Positions 9,326-22,667 are shown, counted from the first letter of the stretch. The stretch is DNA of 64,000 nt from Antedon mediterranea (GCF_964355755.1 NC_092671.1:18538001-18602000); one strand, 5' to 3'. A program made the numbers and translations. Notes: a model not told the origin generated them from the letters alone.

Positions 9326-12132
9326 GAGTCCAGTAAAGATAAGTCAAAAATAGGGTGAACCTAGAACAAATTGCAACAGAATTTTTTTTTTGTCTGGTGA
9401 ATATAGTTCAAATGAATATCATATCCAAATTTTACCAAAATCGGACATCGGGAAGTGGGTTAATTAGCATAAATTCAAAATGGCCGCCATTTGCTATTTT
9501 GAAGCCTCATATCTCTCTAACGGTTGGATTTAGACCACCTAAGTGCATTACGAGTAGACATATATGTGATTTTAAACATTCTAATGAGCATATTTAAATT
9601 CCCATATGACGTACTTATGACGTCATATAGTAGTTGTGACGTCATATATTATGTTATAACTGTTTAAATGACATTGTACTATGCGAACAATTTAGGAACT
9701 GCAAGAAAACATGTTTCTTGACATTCTCCTTGTTGAAATGAACATTATTTCCAAAGTTTACCAAAATCGGACGTCAGGAAGTGGGTTAATTAGCATACAT
9801 TCAAAATGGCCGCTATTTATCATACCATTTTGAAGCTTCATATCTCCTTAACGCTTGGTTTTAGACCACCTAAGTGCACTGCGAGTAGATATAAATGTGA
9901 TATTAAACTTTATAATTAGCATATTTAAATTGCCATATAACGTACCTATGATGTCATAAGACATACTGTATGACGTCATGTATTTTGTCACAATAATGCT
10001 CAATTGGCATTATTCTAAAGGGAAAATATAGAAACCGAAAGGAAAAAATGTTTTTAATCTCATGAAAATAGTAGAACATTTACCACATCCAGGTTAAGAT
10101 CATGGGTATCAGAAGTTATTCGGCCACCCTTCACAACATGCAATAGAACATTCCAGTTAATTTTCTGCAACTGCAACTTTTTATAACTGCATATATATCT
10201 CATATATCTCATATATATCTCATATATCTCATATATATTTAAAGAAACAGGATTCTTAATTCTGTAATGAGTCTGGGATTAAATAATTTGACCCCATCCT
10301 AAATATGGAGTTGGATCACAGTAAGTTTCCCATCCAAAGTACATACATAGAAAATGTAATGTTGGCGCCGTCAAAATACTTCCACCATACATGTAGGCAC
10401 AGCAAGTCTACTTCATTGGCTTTTCTGGTGTCTTTTTAAATTTTTGACTGAACAGTTCTTGCTTCGAATAGAATGCATCCCCCTGTTTCTTTGCAAGTGC
10501 AGAGCATTACAAAGATGTTGCAAATTTGCTCCTTAAGATGTTTTCTTTAAGTACCAATTATTCCACTATTTTTTGCTTCTTCTGTCTTAAAACGCAATCG
10601 CTTTTTTTTTATTATGGCAATGTAAGATATTTAATAGATCCCCATCTGCATTCAAAGTTTCTATTCCATTTTTCTGACGTTTTCTGTCAAGGAAGTTGAA
10701 TACTGTCTTGTCGAAAATTTAAATACTGTAATTAGTAGTGGAAAGTTTGAAAATTACTTTATTACCTTAACAACCCCTTTTGGATTCCGGTGATGTGTAT
10801 CTTTAACTGATGGTTCTTCATCCTAGTTGACACTAAGATGAAGTGTCCTTGTTATATGTTCATTGAATCTTGGAAACAGCATTCAAAAGATAAACATAAT
10901 ATAAAACATCACAAAAAGTTGTTGTCTCATAAAATGATCGACACCAAACAGATGCAATGAAATAGCAATTTTGAAAGAGCAGAATGGAGATGCTGACTAT
11001 ACCGAAAACTACAGTATGACATTTATCATTTCATTGAGATGAGTTTGTGGGAATGATGGGTTTGAATAGCCTGACCCACAGAAAATCGCCTCATTACAAT
11101 ATTTTTTTTATTCCTTTACCAATTTAAAGAGATAAAGTTTTAAAAGATTTAGTTTTAGGAAACACAAAACAAGATGTGCGATCACCTTTCATACGGTTCT
11201 GCAGAATAACTATTTTCATTAGATTTTGTAAATGGAAATAAATTTAAATTTCAACGGTTTTTACATATATATCTACTCGTAATGCACATAGGCTGTCTAA
11301 ACCCAACCGCTAATACAGGGCTTCAAAATGGTATAGTAAATAGCAGCCATTTTGAATTTATGCTAATTGAACCCCTTCTTGAAGTCTGATTTTGGTGAAC
11401 TTAGGATATCATGTTCATTTCAACAGGAAATTGTTTTCCTGCATTTTTTAGCATGGGATAATGCCATTTAAGCAGTTATAACATAATATATGACGTCACA
11501 ACTACCTTATGACGTCATATTTACGTCATATGGTAATTTAAATGTGCTAATTGGGAAGTTTAATGTCACATTTATATCTACTCGCAATGCACTTTGGTGG
11601 TCTAAAACCACCATTAAGGAGATAGAGCTTCAAAATGATATAGTAAATATAGCGGCCATTTTGAATTTATGCTAATTAACACACTTCCTGACGTCCGATT
11701 TTGGTAAACTTTGGAAATTATGTTCATTTCAACAAGGAGAATGTTAGGAAACTTGTTTTCTGCAGTTTCTAAATTGTTCGCATAGTATAATGTCATTTAA
11801 GCATTTATAACATAATTTATGACGTCATAACTACCATATGACGTCATAGGTACGTCATATGGAAATTTAAATATGCTAATTAGAATGTTTAATATCACAT
11901 TTATATCTACTCGTAATGCACTTAGGTGGTCTAAATCCAACCGTTGAGGAGATATGGGGCTTTAAAATAGCAAATGGCGGCCATTTTAAATTTATGCTGA
12001 TTAACCCACTTCCCGATGTCAGATTTTGGTAAACTTTGGATATGATGTTCATGTTCACCATATCAACCTAATAAAACAAAAACAAATTATGTTGCAATTT
12101 GTTCTAGGTTCAACCATATTTTTACTGGACTA
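9326..12132. mobile_element. Long-TIR non-autonomous DNA transposon (Academ-like termini), 3-bp TSD ATA
   Basis: Left end (G)AGTCCAGTAAA...GAACCTAGAACAAATTGCAAC is the inverse of right end GTTGCAATTTGTTCTAGGTTC...TTTACTGGACTA. Arms of ~700-870 bp are built of ~300-bp subrepeats. ATA at 9323-9325 and 12133-12135. The superfamily call is an inference. Confidence 0.75.
10190..10238. repeat. (CATATATCT)n short tandem repeat
   Basis: About 5 copies of a 9-mer in the interior of the long-TIR element. Confidence 0.85.
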
Positions 12133-12198
12133 ATAGTAAAATATTCCTAAAGCTATACTAACAATGATTGCTCTTGCTCTTGCATAATTGTTGAGGTT

Positions 12199-12550
12199 AA
12201 TTTATGCCAGATTTGCGCAGTATCGTGTCCCATCATAATGTTTCTATAGTATCATTGTTGGATGGAACATAACAAAAACAAAATACTACCTTTATCTGTA
12301 TGGTGTTAATTAATTCTGTGAAAAAAAAATTTAAAAATTCCATATAATAAGAAACTAGTTATTTTCATGAAAATCGACATTGGTTTACTTTCTATGTTTG
12401 ATTTATCGACTTTTGAACCTGCTTTTGGGTAAGCGAAACATCAAGCCAATACAATATTGTATCTTTTACTTATGTATTTAACATAAACGCACCCGCATAT
12501 CGTAAACCAACGCAAAACAATCAATAATTACACGTTCACTTTCTCACTCT
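12199..12550. repeat. Dispersed repeat, second copy at ~16536-16947
   Basis: Both sites share AATTTATGCCAGATTTGC...GAAACTAGTTATTTTCATGAAAATCGACATTGGTTTACTTTCT...TTACACGTTCACT. This copy has an internal deletion relative to the second. Confidence 0.8.
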
Positions 12551-12750
12551 CTCTCCCTAATATGAGCTCTACTGTAGATAATGAACATTTATAACACTAA
12601 TAATTGTTTATTATACAAAGGCCTAAATTATATTTAACTATATTACTCAGGTACTTGAGGGTTTTCAGCCTCTTCTTTAAAACTTCTACTAAATTATTAT
12701 TATTTTAACCTTTCTAAAAAAACTTTGTTGAAATTTGCATAATTGTTTTG

Positions 12751-12820
12751 ACTAGATGGTACGCTCGCTTCGCTCGCGTACCATCTAGGTCGTGCCCACA
12801 GATGGTTATCGAATACACAG
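12751..12820 (-). mobile_element. Helitron-like 3' terminus (hairpin ending CTAG|T)
   Basis: Minus strand reads CTAGATGGTACGC-GAGCGAAGCGA-GCGTACCATCTAG|T, a 13-bp perfect stem. Confidence 0.6.
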
Positions 12821-13065
12821 TAATTTCAGGGTAAAAAATCTGGTGATTTCAAATGCACGTACCGCAGGACTATAATACATTGTCGTTTACAGAAACGAAT
12901 AAGTAGACACAATGATTTATGTAGTCAACCAAAATTAGCACCCTGGGAATTACTTCCTCAAGAGAAACTTACCACAAAATGAGTCCAAATTGTTTATTCA
13001 TTTAAAGAAACCCAATTAGGGTTGAGGGATGGGAAAGAGGATAGGTACAAAAAGGAACAATGTTT

Positions 13066-15382
13066 AACTAGATTTGAACTCGTCACTACGGACGAGTTAG
13101 GTTATCCGCAGTGCAAAAGCCACGTGCACGTCATACGTTAGAATAGTGCGCGCAAAAAAATAAAACGATTATGGCATTGAAAAATGTTAGTGCGCTCTCT
13201 ATGTTGCGTCGCGTCTAAGTATATACGGTATAACACTATATACTGTATACGTACCGTACTACATACAGTGCAGAATAGGTGAAAATAAGTGACCACAGTT
13301 ATTGACGCATTTGAACATGATGACGTCATCACAATTTTTAAAGTGGTGGATCATGCGAAAGGTAATTGATTGATCTAGACAATATAAAAAAATTGAGTGA
13401 AATGGAATAAGGATAAGTAGAGATGCGCTCTATTAAATTGACGAGCTATGACGAAAGAGAAAAAAATCCTATATTTTATATTCGGGTGGCCATACGATGA
13501 CGTCACAATGTCTGGTTAGCCATATCAATGCATGATTCGAGAAAAACAACTCATCTACTTCCAGAATCTGAAATTTTAAATATTTTCACCTCGGAGTTTA
13601 GAATCTATGACTTTTTAAAAAAAGGCATAATTTTCACAAATTTTTGAACTTTTTCATCAAAAACGCGCGCAAATTGTTCAATTCTACGTGCTCGTATGAC
13701 GTGATTTTAAGTCGAAATTGATTGAAAATTGGTAAATGTACTAGAAAAAGCTGAAAAAACAAAAATCAAGCAAAAAAAAGATGTTTTTGCGCTACGTGCG
13801 CACGCGCGCGTAAAAAATATGCGCACGCGTGGGAATTTTTGAAATGCTCACAATGACCTGAAACGCGTAGAAAGTTGATTAGAAATGAATTTTTCGCAAT
13901 TTGAAATTTTAAACGCGCGTGCGCGCGTAACTTTATGTCAAACATGCCATTTTTAATCCATAGAAAGTTTGCCCTTGATATGACTTAAATGTTCACCAAG
14001 TGTCATTACAAAATGACTTTTGCTTTTTAGTCTATGTTAAATACGCGAAATTCATAAAATCGCGCGTAGCTTACGCTGCGCGACTCTAAAGTAAAAAAAC
14101 GAGCTGTCCTGCACTTCTACACATAGAGGTAAATCTTCTGACAAAGTTATACGATGTAATGTTGATCAGAATTTGAGATACACGTGACACAAAATTTTGG
14201 GAAAGAAAGAAGAATAACATAGAAAAAAAAAAAAACTAGATTTGAACTCGTCACTACGGACGAGTTAGGTTATCCGCAGCGCAAAAGCCACGTGCACGTC
14301 ATACGTTAAAATATTGCGCGCAGAAAAACGATTATGCCATTGAAAAAAATGTGAGTGCGCCCTCTATTTTGTGTCACGTCTAAGTATATACGGTATACAC
14401 TATATACTGTATACGTACGACATACAGTGCAGAATAAGTGAAAATAAGTGACCAAAGTTATTGACGGTTTTGGACATGATGACGTCATAACAATTTTAAA
14501 AATGGTGAATCAATCGAAAGATAATTGGTTGACCTAGACAAAATAAACAAATTGAGGGAAATGGAATACGGATAAGTGGAGATGCGCTCTATTAAATGTG
14601 ACGAGCTATGACGAAAGAGACAAAAATCCTTTATTTCATATTCGAGTGGCCAAGCGATGACGTCACAATGTCCAGTTAGCCATATCGATGCATGATTCGA
14701 TATCTACATCTCATTATCTTCCAGAATGTGTAATTTAAAAAAAATTCTCCTCGTAGTTTACAATCTATGACTGTTTTAAAAAAGGCATAATTTTGACGAA
14801 TTTTTGAACTTTTTCTTCAAAAACGCGCGCAAATTGTTCAATTCTACGTGCTCGTATGACGTGATTTTAAGTCAAAATTGATTGAAAATTGGTAAATTTA
14901 CTAGAAAAGGCTGAAAAAACAAAAATCAAGCAAAAAAAAGATGTTTTTGCGCTACGTGCGCACGCGCGCGTAAAAAATATGCGCACGCGTGGGAATTTTT
15001 GAAATGCTTAAAATGACCTGAAACGCGTAGAAAGTTGATTAGAAATGAATTTTGCGCAATTTGAAATTTTAAACGCGCATGCGCGCGTAACTTTATGTCA
15101 AACATGCCATTTTTAATCCATAGAAAGTTTGCCCTTGATATGACTTAAATGTTCACTAAGTGTCATTACAAAATGACTTTTGCTTTTTAGTCTATGTTAA
15201 ATACGCGAAATTCATAAAATCGCGTGTAGCTTACGCTGCGCGACTCTAAAGTAAAAAAACGAGCTGTCCTGCACTTCTACACATAGCGGTAAATCTTCTG
15301 ACAAAGTTATACGATGTAATGTTGATCAGAATTTGAGATACACGTGACACAAAATTTTGGGAAAGAAAGAAGAATAACATAG

Positions 15383-15419
<37 letters not shown>

Positions 15420-15526
15420 TCCTGACAATAACAAGGGGTTATCCGCCAAGTGCGGATAACCAAAAAAAAAAAAAAAAAAGATCCTGACAATAACAAGAGG
15501 TTATCCGCCAAGTGCGGATAACCAAA
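13066..15526 (-). mobile_element. Tandem dimer (1168-bp period) of a Helentron-like non-autonomous element with duplicated 5' terminus
   Basis: Units start (plus strand) AACTAGATTTGAACTCGTCACTACGGACGAGTTAGGTTATCCGCA at 13066 and 14234. The other end carries the inverted repeat GGTTATCCGC-CAAGT-GCGGATAACC twice (~15438-15462 and ~15499-15523), separated by A runs. No TSD. Confidence 0.8.
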
Positions 15527-16535
15527 TATATTCTTTATCCACGTCAGTAACGAAATATTGTTTTCATTTTTTATAGGCCTATAAATAATATACCACAACG
15601 GTGACTAAATATAGTAAAACATTTGCGATTTAATACTTTGTTAAAACTGTCACTGTCATAGTCGATTGAAATAGTAAAGTACATGTAACGATACACCACT
15701 ACGACGTTTATATTGTTTGTAATTATTAATTAATGCAAACGTTGAGAAGCAACTGTCAGGAATAAAGTTTATTTGTATATTACGTGTTATCTAACAGTAG
15801 AGCCTACCCATAATCACAGTAATAAAGTTTATTTGTATATATTTTTTTACATCTGACAGTATTCACAGTAAGAAATGTTTGTATATATTTTTTTACATCT
15901 AACAGTATTCACAGTAAGAAATGTTCGATTCAAATGACGACCAAAAATGGTTAATAGGTATTTGCAGTACTGTATTGTCAAAGTATTGCAAGTTTATTCT
16001 CCAAGGGCTCATAAATTTACCTACTTGTGTTAAACCAAACTGGCAGACCGAGAGATTGGAATGTTCCATTCATCGCAAATCAATACATTTGTAAAAACGT
16101 AAATTAAATCTATCAAAATAGTATTTTTTAAAGAAAATCGGCCTGTCTTCAACATTATGATGCTGTACTCGAGCAGTTCAACCGGTTTTCAGCTATTAAA
16201 AACAATTATCGTAGGAGGAGATAGAAAAATGCGAAGCGTCCTCGTATTATTGTGTGCGGGTATTTTTCAAGTTGGACATCCATTAGACAGTGTATACCAC
16301 GATCGGAAAACACCCCTATTTGGGGCAAATTGTTGAACCTAAATTCGTTTTAATCGTCAATAACTAATTATCTAACTCAATTTAATTAGTAAACAGGGTT
16401 ACATCAGGTGGTTAAAATCAGTACCGAAAGTACGAACCAACTTTATATACCATCGAGTAAAAATTCTAGAAATAAACCGCGATTTATCTAATTTTGCCCT
16501 TACGTAAATTTATATATAGATTAATGCAATATGGC

Positions 16536-16947
16536 AATTTATGCCAGATTTGCACAGTACTATAGTCACGTGTCCCATCATGTTATATTGGTATACCTCT
16601 ATATTTTAGTTTGTTGGAGGTTAAAAATAATAAAACTTATAATTTCCTATGGTATCATTGTTGGATCGAACATAATAAAAACAAAATACTACCTCTGTAT
16701 GGTGTTAATTCGTTCTGTGACAAAAATAAATAAAACTCCATATAATAGAAACTAGTTATTTTCATGAAAATCGACATTGGTTTACTTTCTTGTTTGATTG
16801 TTTATTGACTTTTGAACCTGCTTTCGGGTAAGCGAAACATCAAACCAATAAAATAATGTATAGTCTTTTACTTATGTATTTAACATAAACGCACTCGTAC
16901 TGTATATCATAAACCAACATCAATCAATATTACACGTTCACTCTCAC
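16536..16947. repeat. Dispersed repeat, copy of 12199-12550
   Basis: Direct sequence similarity to 12199-12550. Confidence 0.8.
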
Positions 16948-19900
16948 CATCCACTATAAACTAAGTGTAACACGCACTCTCATACATAGGCCTCAATACT
17001 GTCACCGGTTGACAAAGAAGAAGAAGAGATAAAGAATCTCAAAAAGGCAGTGTTAAACTGTACATACCCAAGATTGACAGTCAATGAGAGGCGAAACACA
17101 ATAAGAAAAACGCAAACACAAGTGAAAAATTAGGACACATTGGACTACCATAATATAATAATAATAAGAAGAAGAAGAAGAAGATTTTTATAGCGCACAT
17201 ACCACTCAAGAGTGCTCAAAGGCAAATCAGATAGATAAATATAATATATTGAATAATTTGAATGTATACATTTTGATCAATTTACCTCGCTGTAACCAGT
17301 GGTTGTCGCGATTTAAGGCTCTAGATTGGTGTTTTGGTCTTATAACCTTTCACCCTGACCTTTTCGCCCCATTTTCAAAATGTGTAACCAAGACCATTGC
17401 TTGACCAGCATAAACCAATTTCTGAATTATCTGGACCTCAAAGTACATACTAAAGTTGAACTAGCTACTACAGTCATATGTTTTGGGTTTAGTTTGATTT
17501 ATTACCTTTTCAAAACCTCTTCCAAACAAACCACATTTTTCCTCGAATTGTTGTACTATTTATTAATATTAACCAATTCTTTAGGCTACACATTTTCATT
17601 TTTGATGGATGTGCGAGATATTTTATTTAACATATTTGCGGTCTGTTTTATAGCGTCCTCTATTCCATAAGTCTGAAATTAATATGTATCTATTAAAATA
17701 TTGAGAGAGAAAACACACACAGGTACTTGAATTGTTGACATCTACTTTAATTTTTATATTGGTGTTTGTTTAATCTGTTTGGTAGAGCACCTATTAGAAA
17801 TAAATATAGGAAATAAAACTACAGTCTTCCCCGGAATTCTTCCGATATATAAACTAATTGACACACTTTATTCTTCCAAAATGTAAACAGTCGGGGGAAA
17901 ATGGCAAAAGATTTCTACTTTCGGACTGTTCAAACTACAAAAAATGTAGGCCTACACATGTAGGCCTAACCTAAACAAAAATAATCAGCAAGGTCATACT
18001 TCATGCATCTTTTTATACTAGTAAGGTCCAAAATTGCTCCTTATATTGTGGTTAATCAGCTTGCGTTTAAAAGTGTAATTGAAAAATCCACCTCATGACT
18101 TGGAGCTCGTTCGGACATAACAATTTACACCACTACATGCGACCATTACATGTGTGTAAGGTCTGAACGGGTAGCCATTTTCCCGAACTGTATAGATATA
18201 TAATCTAATCTACGTTTTATTCTTTAAACAGAAAAGCAAAAGGTAACAAAATCAATTAAAATGATTATAAAAATAAAGATTAATTAATAATACGAAATAA
18301 TTATAAAAGTATTAGATGGTGGTAACACACAATCAAAATACATAAGGCAATTAAAGACTTACAAATATAGCTGAGCCCAAGGCTAATATAAAGCTTTACT
18401 TCAGTTGTTCAAAACAGTAAAACAGACTAAATACTTCAATAGCATTTAGTTTAGCTATCTCAGTATTCGTAGTAGGACTGATTAAATATGGTTAATCTAC
18501 CAGATTACCCTAACATTATTAATGTAGCCTATGTAGCGGTGGCAGTACTTAAGGTATATGAACGAGTGAGTGATAACATTAATTTTACTGAAGTAGGCAG
18601 GATGACACTCTTCAATCGTTTGTAATCCATATTTTAAGACTTACTTAATCCAAACAAACTTTGTAAAAATCGATTTCAGTATTTATGATTTTATTTTATA
18701 ATAAACTTATTAATGGTGCCTCACAGTTTGTCAAAATATGCTTGAGTAATTGTGGCGCCCTCGAAACCAGTTGATTTTAATCTCGATGACGTACGCATAT
18801 AAATTCGATTTGGTTAAACTAATTATTGTAATTTGCTATAGAAATTTGTCATAGAATAATGCATTTTGGCCCTTAATCGAAATAGCCCCATAAGTGCAAT
18901 TACTCTATTTAATGTCACAATTGAGCGACAATCTTAAACATTTAACAATAAACTAATTTCAAATTATTGTATTCCATCTGATTGGCTGCATGGTTTCTGG
19001 GAGATTAATTGTAAAATATTGTATCGTGTGTAAATGCTAAAAAGCATTTTATTAAAGAATAAGTTGTAGTTGATTAAACGTCAGACTACAATGAGAGGGT
19101 GAACGCAAAAGACGAGAAACGGTAAGCAACATTTTTATTTTCTATAGCATTGAAAAACATCAAATTATTTATTTCCAAAGTTAATGGTTTAATGGTTTTA
19201 AATTTATATAGCGCAAAATACAAATAGTCTCTATGCGCTGATTGAATAATATAACAAAAATTTAAAATGAAGCAAATGTGGAAAACTTCAAAAGAGCAAA
19301 GCTCGTTATTTGGTTTAATCAATTGACAATCTGTAGATCATAATCAATCTGTAAATTTTGTTTTAAAGTTTAAAAAGAAAAACTTAAATAGTAGCAGGTG
19401 TGTAGTTTGTTAAGTTGATAAATTGATATACCACGATCCGCTCTTTTTTCTATTTTGTATTATGAACGTGTGTTAACCCATTATAAAAGTTTTTTTAAGA
19501 ACAATTCCGAATTCTATTAGTAATACCTTTTTAAAATAAGTTTTATTTATATGACTTACAATAAAGTTTTAAAGTAACAAACTGAAAACCTGCATAGACA
19601 TACCTAACAGATTCCTTTTAGCGACGTCTTATTACGAGTAGCCCGATAAAGGTGTATATTTTTTATAATGAAAGCAGTTTTAATAATAACAAAGATAATT
19701 CAAATTGTTGCAACAATTTGAATTATTCTTAAAATTATGTCTACCGTATGACATTGATGCTGTTTTTGCTTATGATTTTTAAACAAGTTTATTTAGGGAT
19801 CTTATGAGACAATTTTTTTTACTTCTAATTTGATTCATAAAAAGAAGTAGTAGTAATGTATTATTTACTTCATTGTTTACATTTACGAATATAACATTTT

Positions 19901-20199
19901 CTATTTCTGTTTTGAAGAATTTCTTTTTGAATAAATGTGTTGGTAAAAGTTAATAATGAATGTAATATGTATACTGCGAATGCGAAACATCCTATCTCTG
20001 ATGATACTTACCGTGCCTAAAATGATTTTGGAATTTTGCGTCGTTCTCGTATAGCCGGAGAGCAGGAAATACTATCCGAAAGAAAATACGTATATGTCAT
20101 GTACCTAGGTATAAAAACAATATTTTACATTGTAAAAGATGAAAATCTTGCTTCTGGTAGAAAAAAATAAAGAAAATCTTTGTATTCTTTGCCTGAATC

Positions 20200-21787
20200 A
20201 AATTTCGCCTGTGGAATGCAAATTCCATCCGAAATAATGGCCGATCACGTCCTGCTTTACGATGTTGACATACTACTGGTTACTGAGTTATTATAGGAGA
20301 GTTTACACCACCAGGCTATGAGTTTATTAACATTCCCAGGTGAAATGATAACTACGGAGGGGGAATCGGTATACTTCATAAAAAATCACTAAAAGTGTCC
20401 CTATCTTCATCTTCTACTTACGCGAGTTTTTTAACATTGTGTTATCAGCGTACAGAATAAAGTTAAACTAGTTGGTATTTACCGTCCTCCACCATCTCGA
20501 GCAAACGGTGTCAAGACCAGTACTTTTCTTGCAGAAGTAGAACAATTTTTCTGTTTTACTCTTCAACAAATCGCGATTTTGGTGATTTCAACCTACATGT
20601 CGACATGAAAAGTGAGGAAAGTGAAATGCTGCCAAAGTTATACACTGACTCGCACAATACATAAATCAACCGACGCATAAAATGGGACACACCCTGGACT
20701 TATACGAGTACGAGTTATATCTCGTCCAGAAGATAATCTCATTCAATGTGTACAGGTGGATCCTTTAGAATACTCCGATCATTACGTTGTTGTGTGTACT
20801 ATTAAATGTGACAAACCACCTCCTCTTAAAGTAATAACAGCAAAATGTGAATATGCAAAACTTGACCACGAACGTTTAAAATTATCGCTAATCCACAACT
20901 TAAGTGATTTTCCGGAGAGTAATAATGTAAATATTCTCGTAGATTCCTTTGTATATACCTCCTCTGCACTCGAAGAGCTCTGCCCTGTAATTACACAGTA
21001 GAGTACTGTAAGACGGACACTACCATGGTATAACAATAACATTTATAAAGCTAGACGTTTTCGTCGTCGTCTTGAACTTCGCTGGAAAGAATCTCAAACG
21101 GAAGAAGACCGGCTGGCATTTTGAACCATAAAGACCATGTAATTGAACTAATTACTTGCGCAAAAATGGAATACTTCACCAATAAATGTAGCAACGCAAA
21201 AATGAAAGATAATGTATGGTACTATAAATAGTCTCTTAAATAAAACAGGAAAAATCATTCCAAAAAGTACCATTTCTAACACACAGTTTGCTGATCAATT
21301 TTTGTCATTTTTTATACACAAAACTGAAAAAAAATAGAAATAATGTAATTAATCATAGATCGAATGATGACATAATTCCCCAAGCTGATGATCGCCTAAC
21401 CATGTCTGAGTTTAACTACTTACATGTTTTCAAATAAATCGTGTTCACTCGACTCTATACTGACATGGCTGCTCAAGGAAAACATGTATACGTTATTACC
21501 CATAACTACTAATATTGTTATAATGTATCCCTTTGAAACAGGAACCGCTTTCATTTAATTACAGGTGCCGACTTCGCTCCTCTAATGATCCCATCCGATT
21601 TTTCGTTCAATGCTTTTTACTGTCACCGCTCCGCCGCGGATCTGGAACGTGCTAAGTGTCGACTTGAGAGGAACGAATTTGGCACCTCTATTTAAAACTT
21701 TTCTTTTTAATTAATTACTAAGTATTTTTAGGCGCTCTGTTGTTTGTAGGGCGCCATATAAAAACTTGTATAGAATAGAATAGAATA
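20200..21787 (+). mobile_element. Heavily decayed, internally deleted CR1/L2-group LINE (endonuclease region) with (TAGAA)n tail
   Basis: Fragmentary APE motifs GGGIGIL, GIYRPP, GDFNLHVD, INQPTHKMGHTLDL and SDHYVV, then PWYNN and KSCSLDSILTWLLKE. 3' end GGCGCCATATAAAAACTTG followed by TAGAA repeats at ~21769-21786. Confidence 0.75.
21562..21688. mobile_element. 127-bp MITE, Tc1/mariner-like (TA flanks)
   Basis: CAGGTGCCGACTTCGCTCCTCT ... AGAGGAACGAATTTGGCACCTC, an imperfect ~22-bp TIR. TA at 21560-21561 and 21689-21690. Confidence 0.6.
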
Positions 21788-21842
21788 TACTGTGTTAATC
21801 ATCTTGCTTTATATAACATCACTATGTTTATCTTTAGACACA

Positions 21843-21906
21843 ATGCATTATCTTAACCTCTTAACAATCATCTGTGTTGTTGGAAGCACTGCTGGTTCCA
21901 AAGGAG
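21843..21906 (+). CDS. Orphan type I membrane protein, exon 1 (signal peptide)
   Basis: MHYLNLLTIICVVGSTAGSKG followed by phase-1 donor GAG|GTAT. Too short for the ORF track. Confidence 0.6.
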
Positions 21907-22280
21907 GTATACTATTTTGTATTTAATTCTATTTAATATTTTGCCTGGTATCATACTTGCCCGGCTTAACAAAATCAAAGCAAGCAACAAGCAATACTAT
22001 TAGGTTTATTTGTAAGATAAACTTGTATAGTTTTTCCTCTAAAATTTGTATTAATATTTTTAATTTGTGGTGCTCTCCAAATTTGTTATATTGTTTAAAG
22101 AGGTACCGACTTCTGTGTTGGGCCATTGGCCCATGGTTTACTCTTGACCACATTTTAAATAAATAAATAACAAATGGTTGTTTTTATATTTAACTTTACT
22201 AATATAACTAAGAGTCTTGAGTCTTGAATAATACTTGTTAGGCCTAATACTTATATTGAGCATTTACTTTTTCTGCGTAG

Positions 22281-22667
22281 AATGTGTTATTGGGTCGACA
22301 AGGGAGCACTGCTATATTGATTTACCCGACATAGAAGATGGGGCTATACACATAAGTGTTGTTGTTACCAAACTGAAACCATTTACACTACAGTTGTTAA
22401 CAAATGTTGTAGAAACAGAAGATGACATTATAATCACATATACGTTAAACAATCTAAGTATAAATTCAGGACCACGAAGGAACCAAACAGTATACGACAC
22501 TGCGGTACAGAATGATAAACACGAAACAGTAAAAATACAAATATCGAGTACGGAAATACGGATCAACCGTGAAGGTGGCTATTTATTTCAACTAAACCCT
22601 CCTCGCATCATAAAACAGCTATTGGTTCAAGATATAAACATTGATATGTTATCTGATTGTCACATAG
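22281..22667 (+). CDS. Orphan type I membrane protein, exon 2 (~129-aa beta-rich globular domain)
   Basis: Acceptor TTTTTCTGCGTAG at 22280 and donor TAG|GTAAA at 22668. A phase 1-1 exon within ORF 22235-22678. Confidence 0.7.

Noticed and set aside
22235-22280. Apparent signal peptide MLGLILILSIYFFCV at the start of ORF 22235
   Set aside because: It starts at TTG and overlaps the intron pyrimidine tract. The ATG exon at 21843-21906 spliced to 22281 is a better model.
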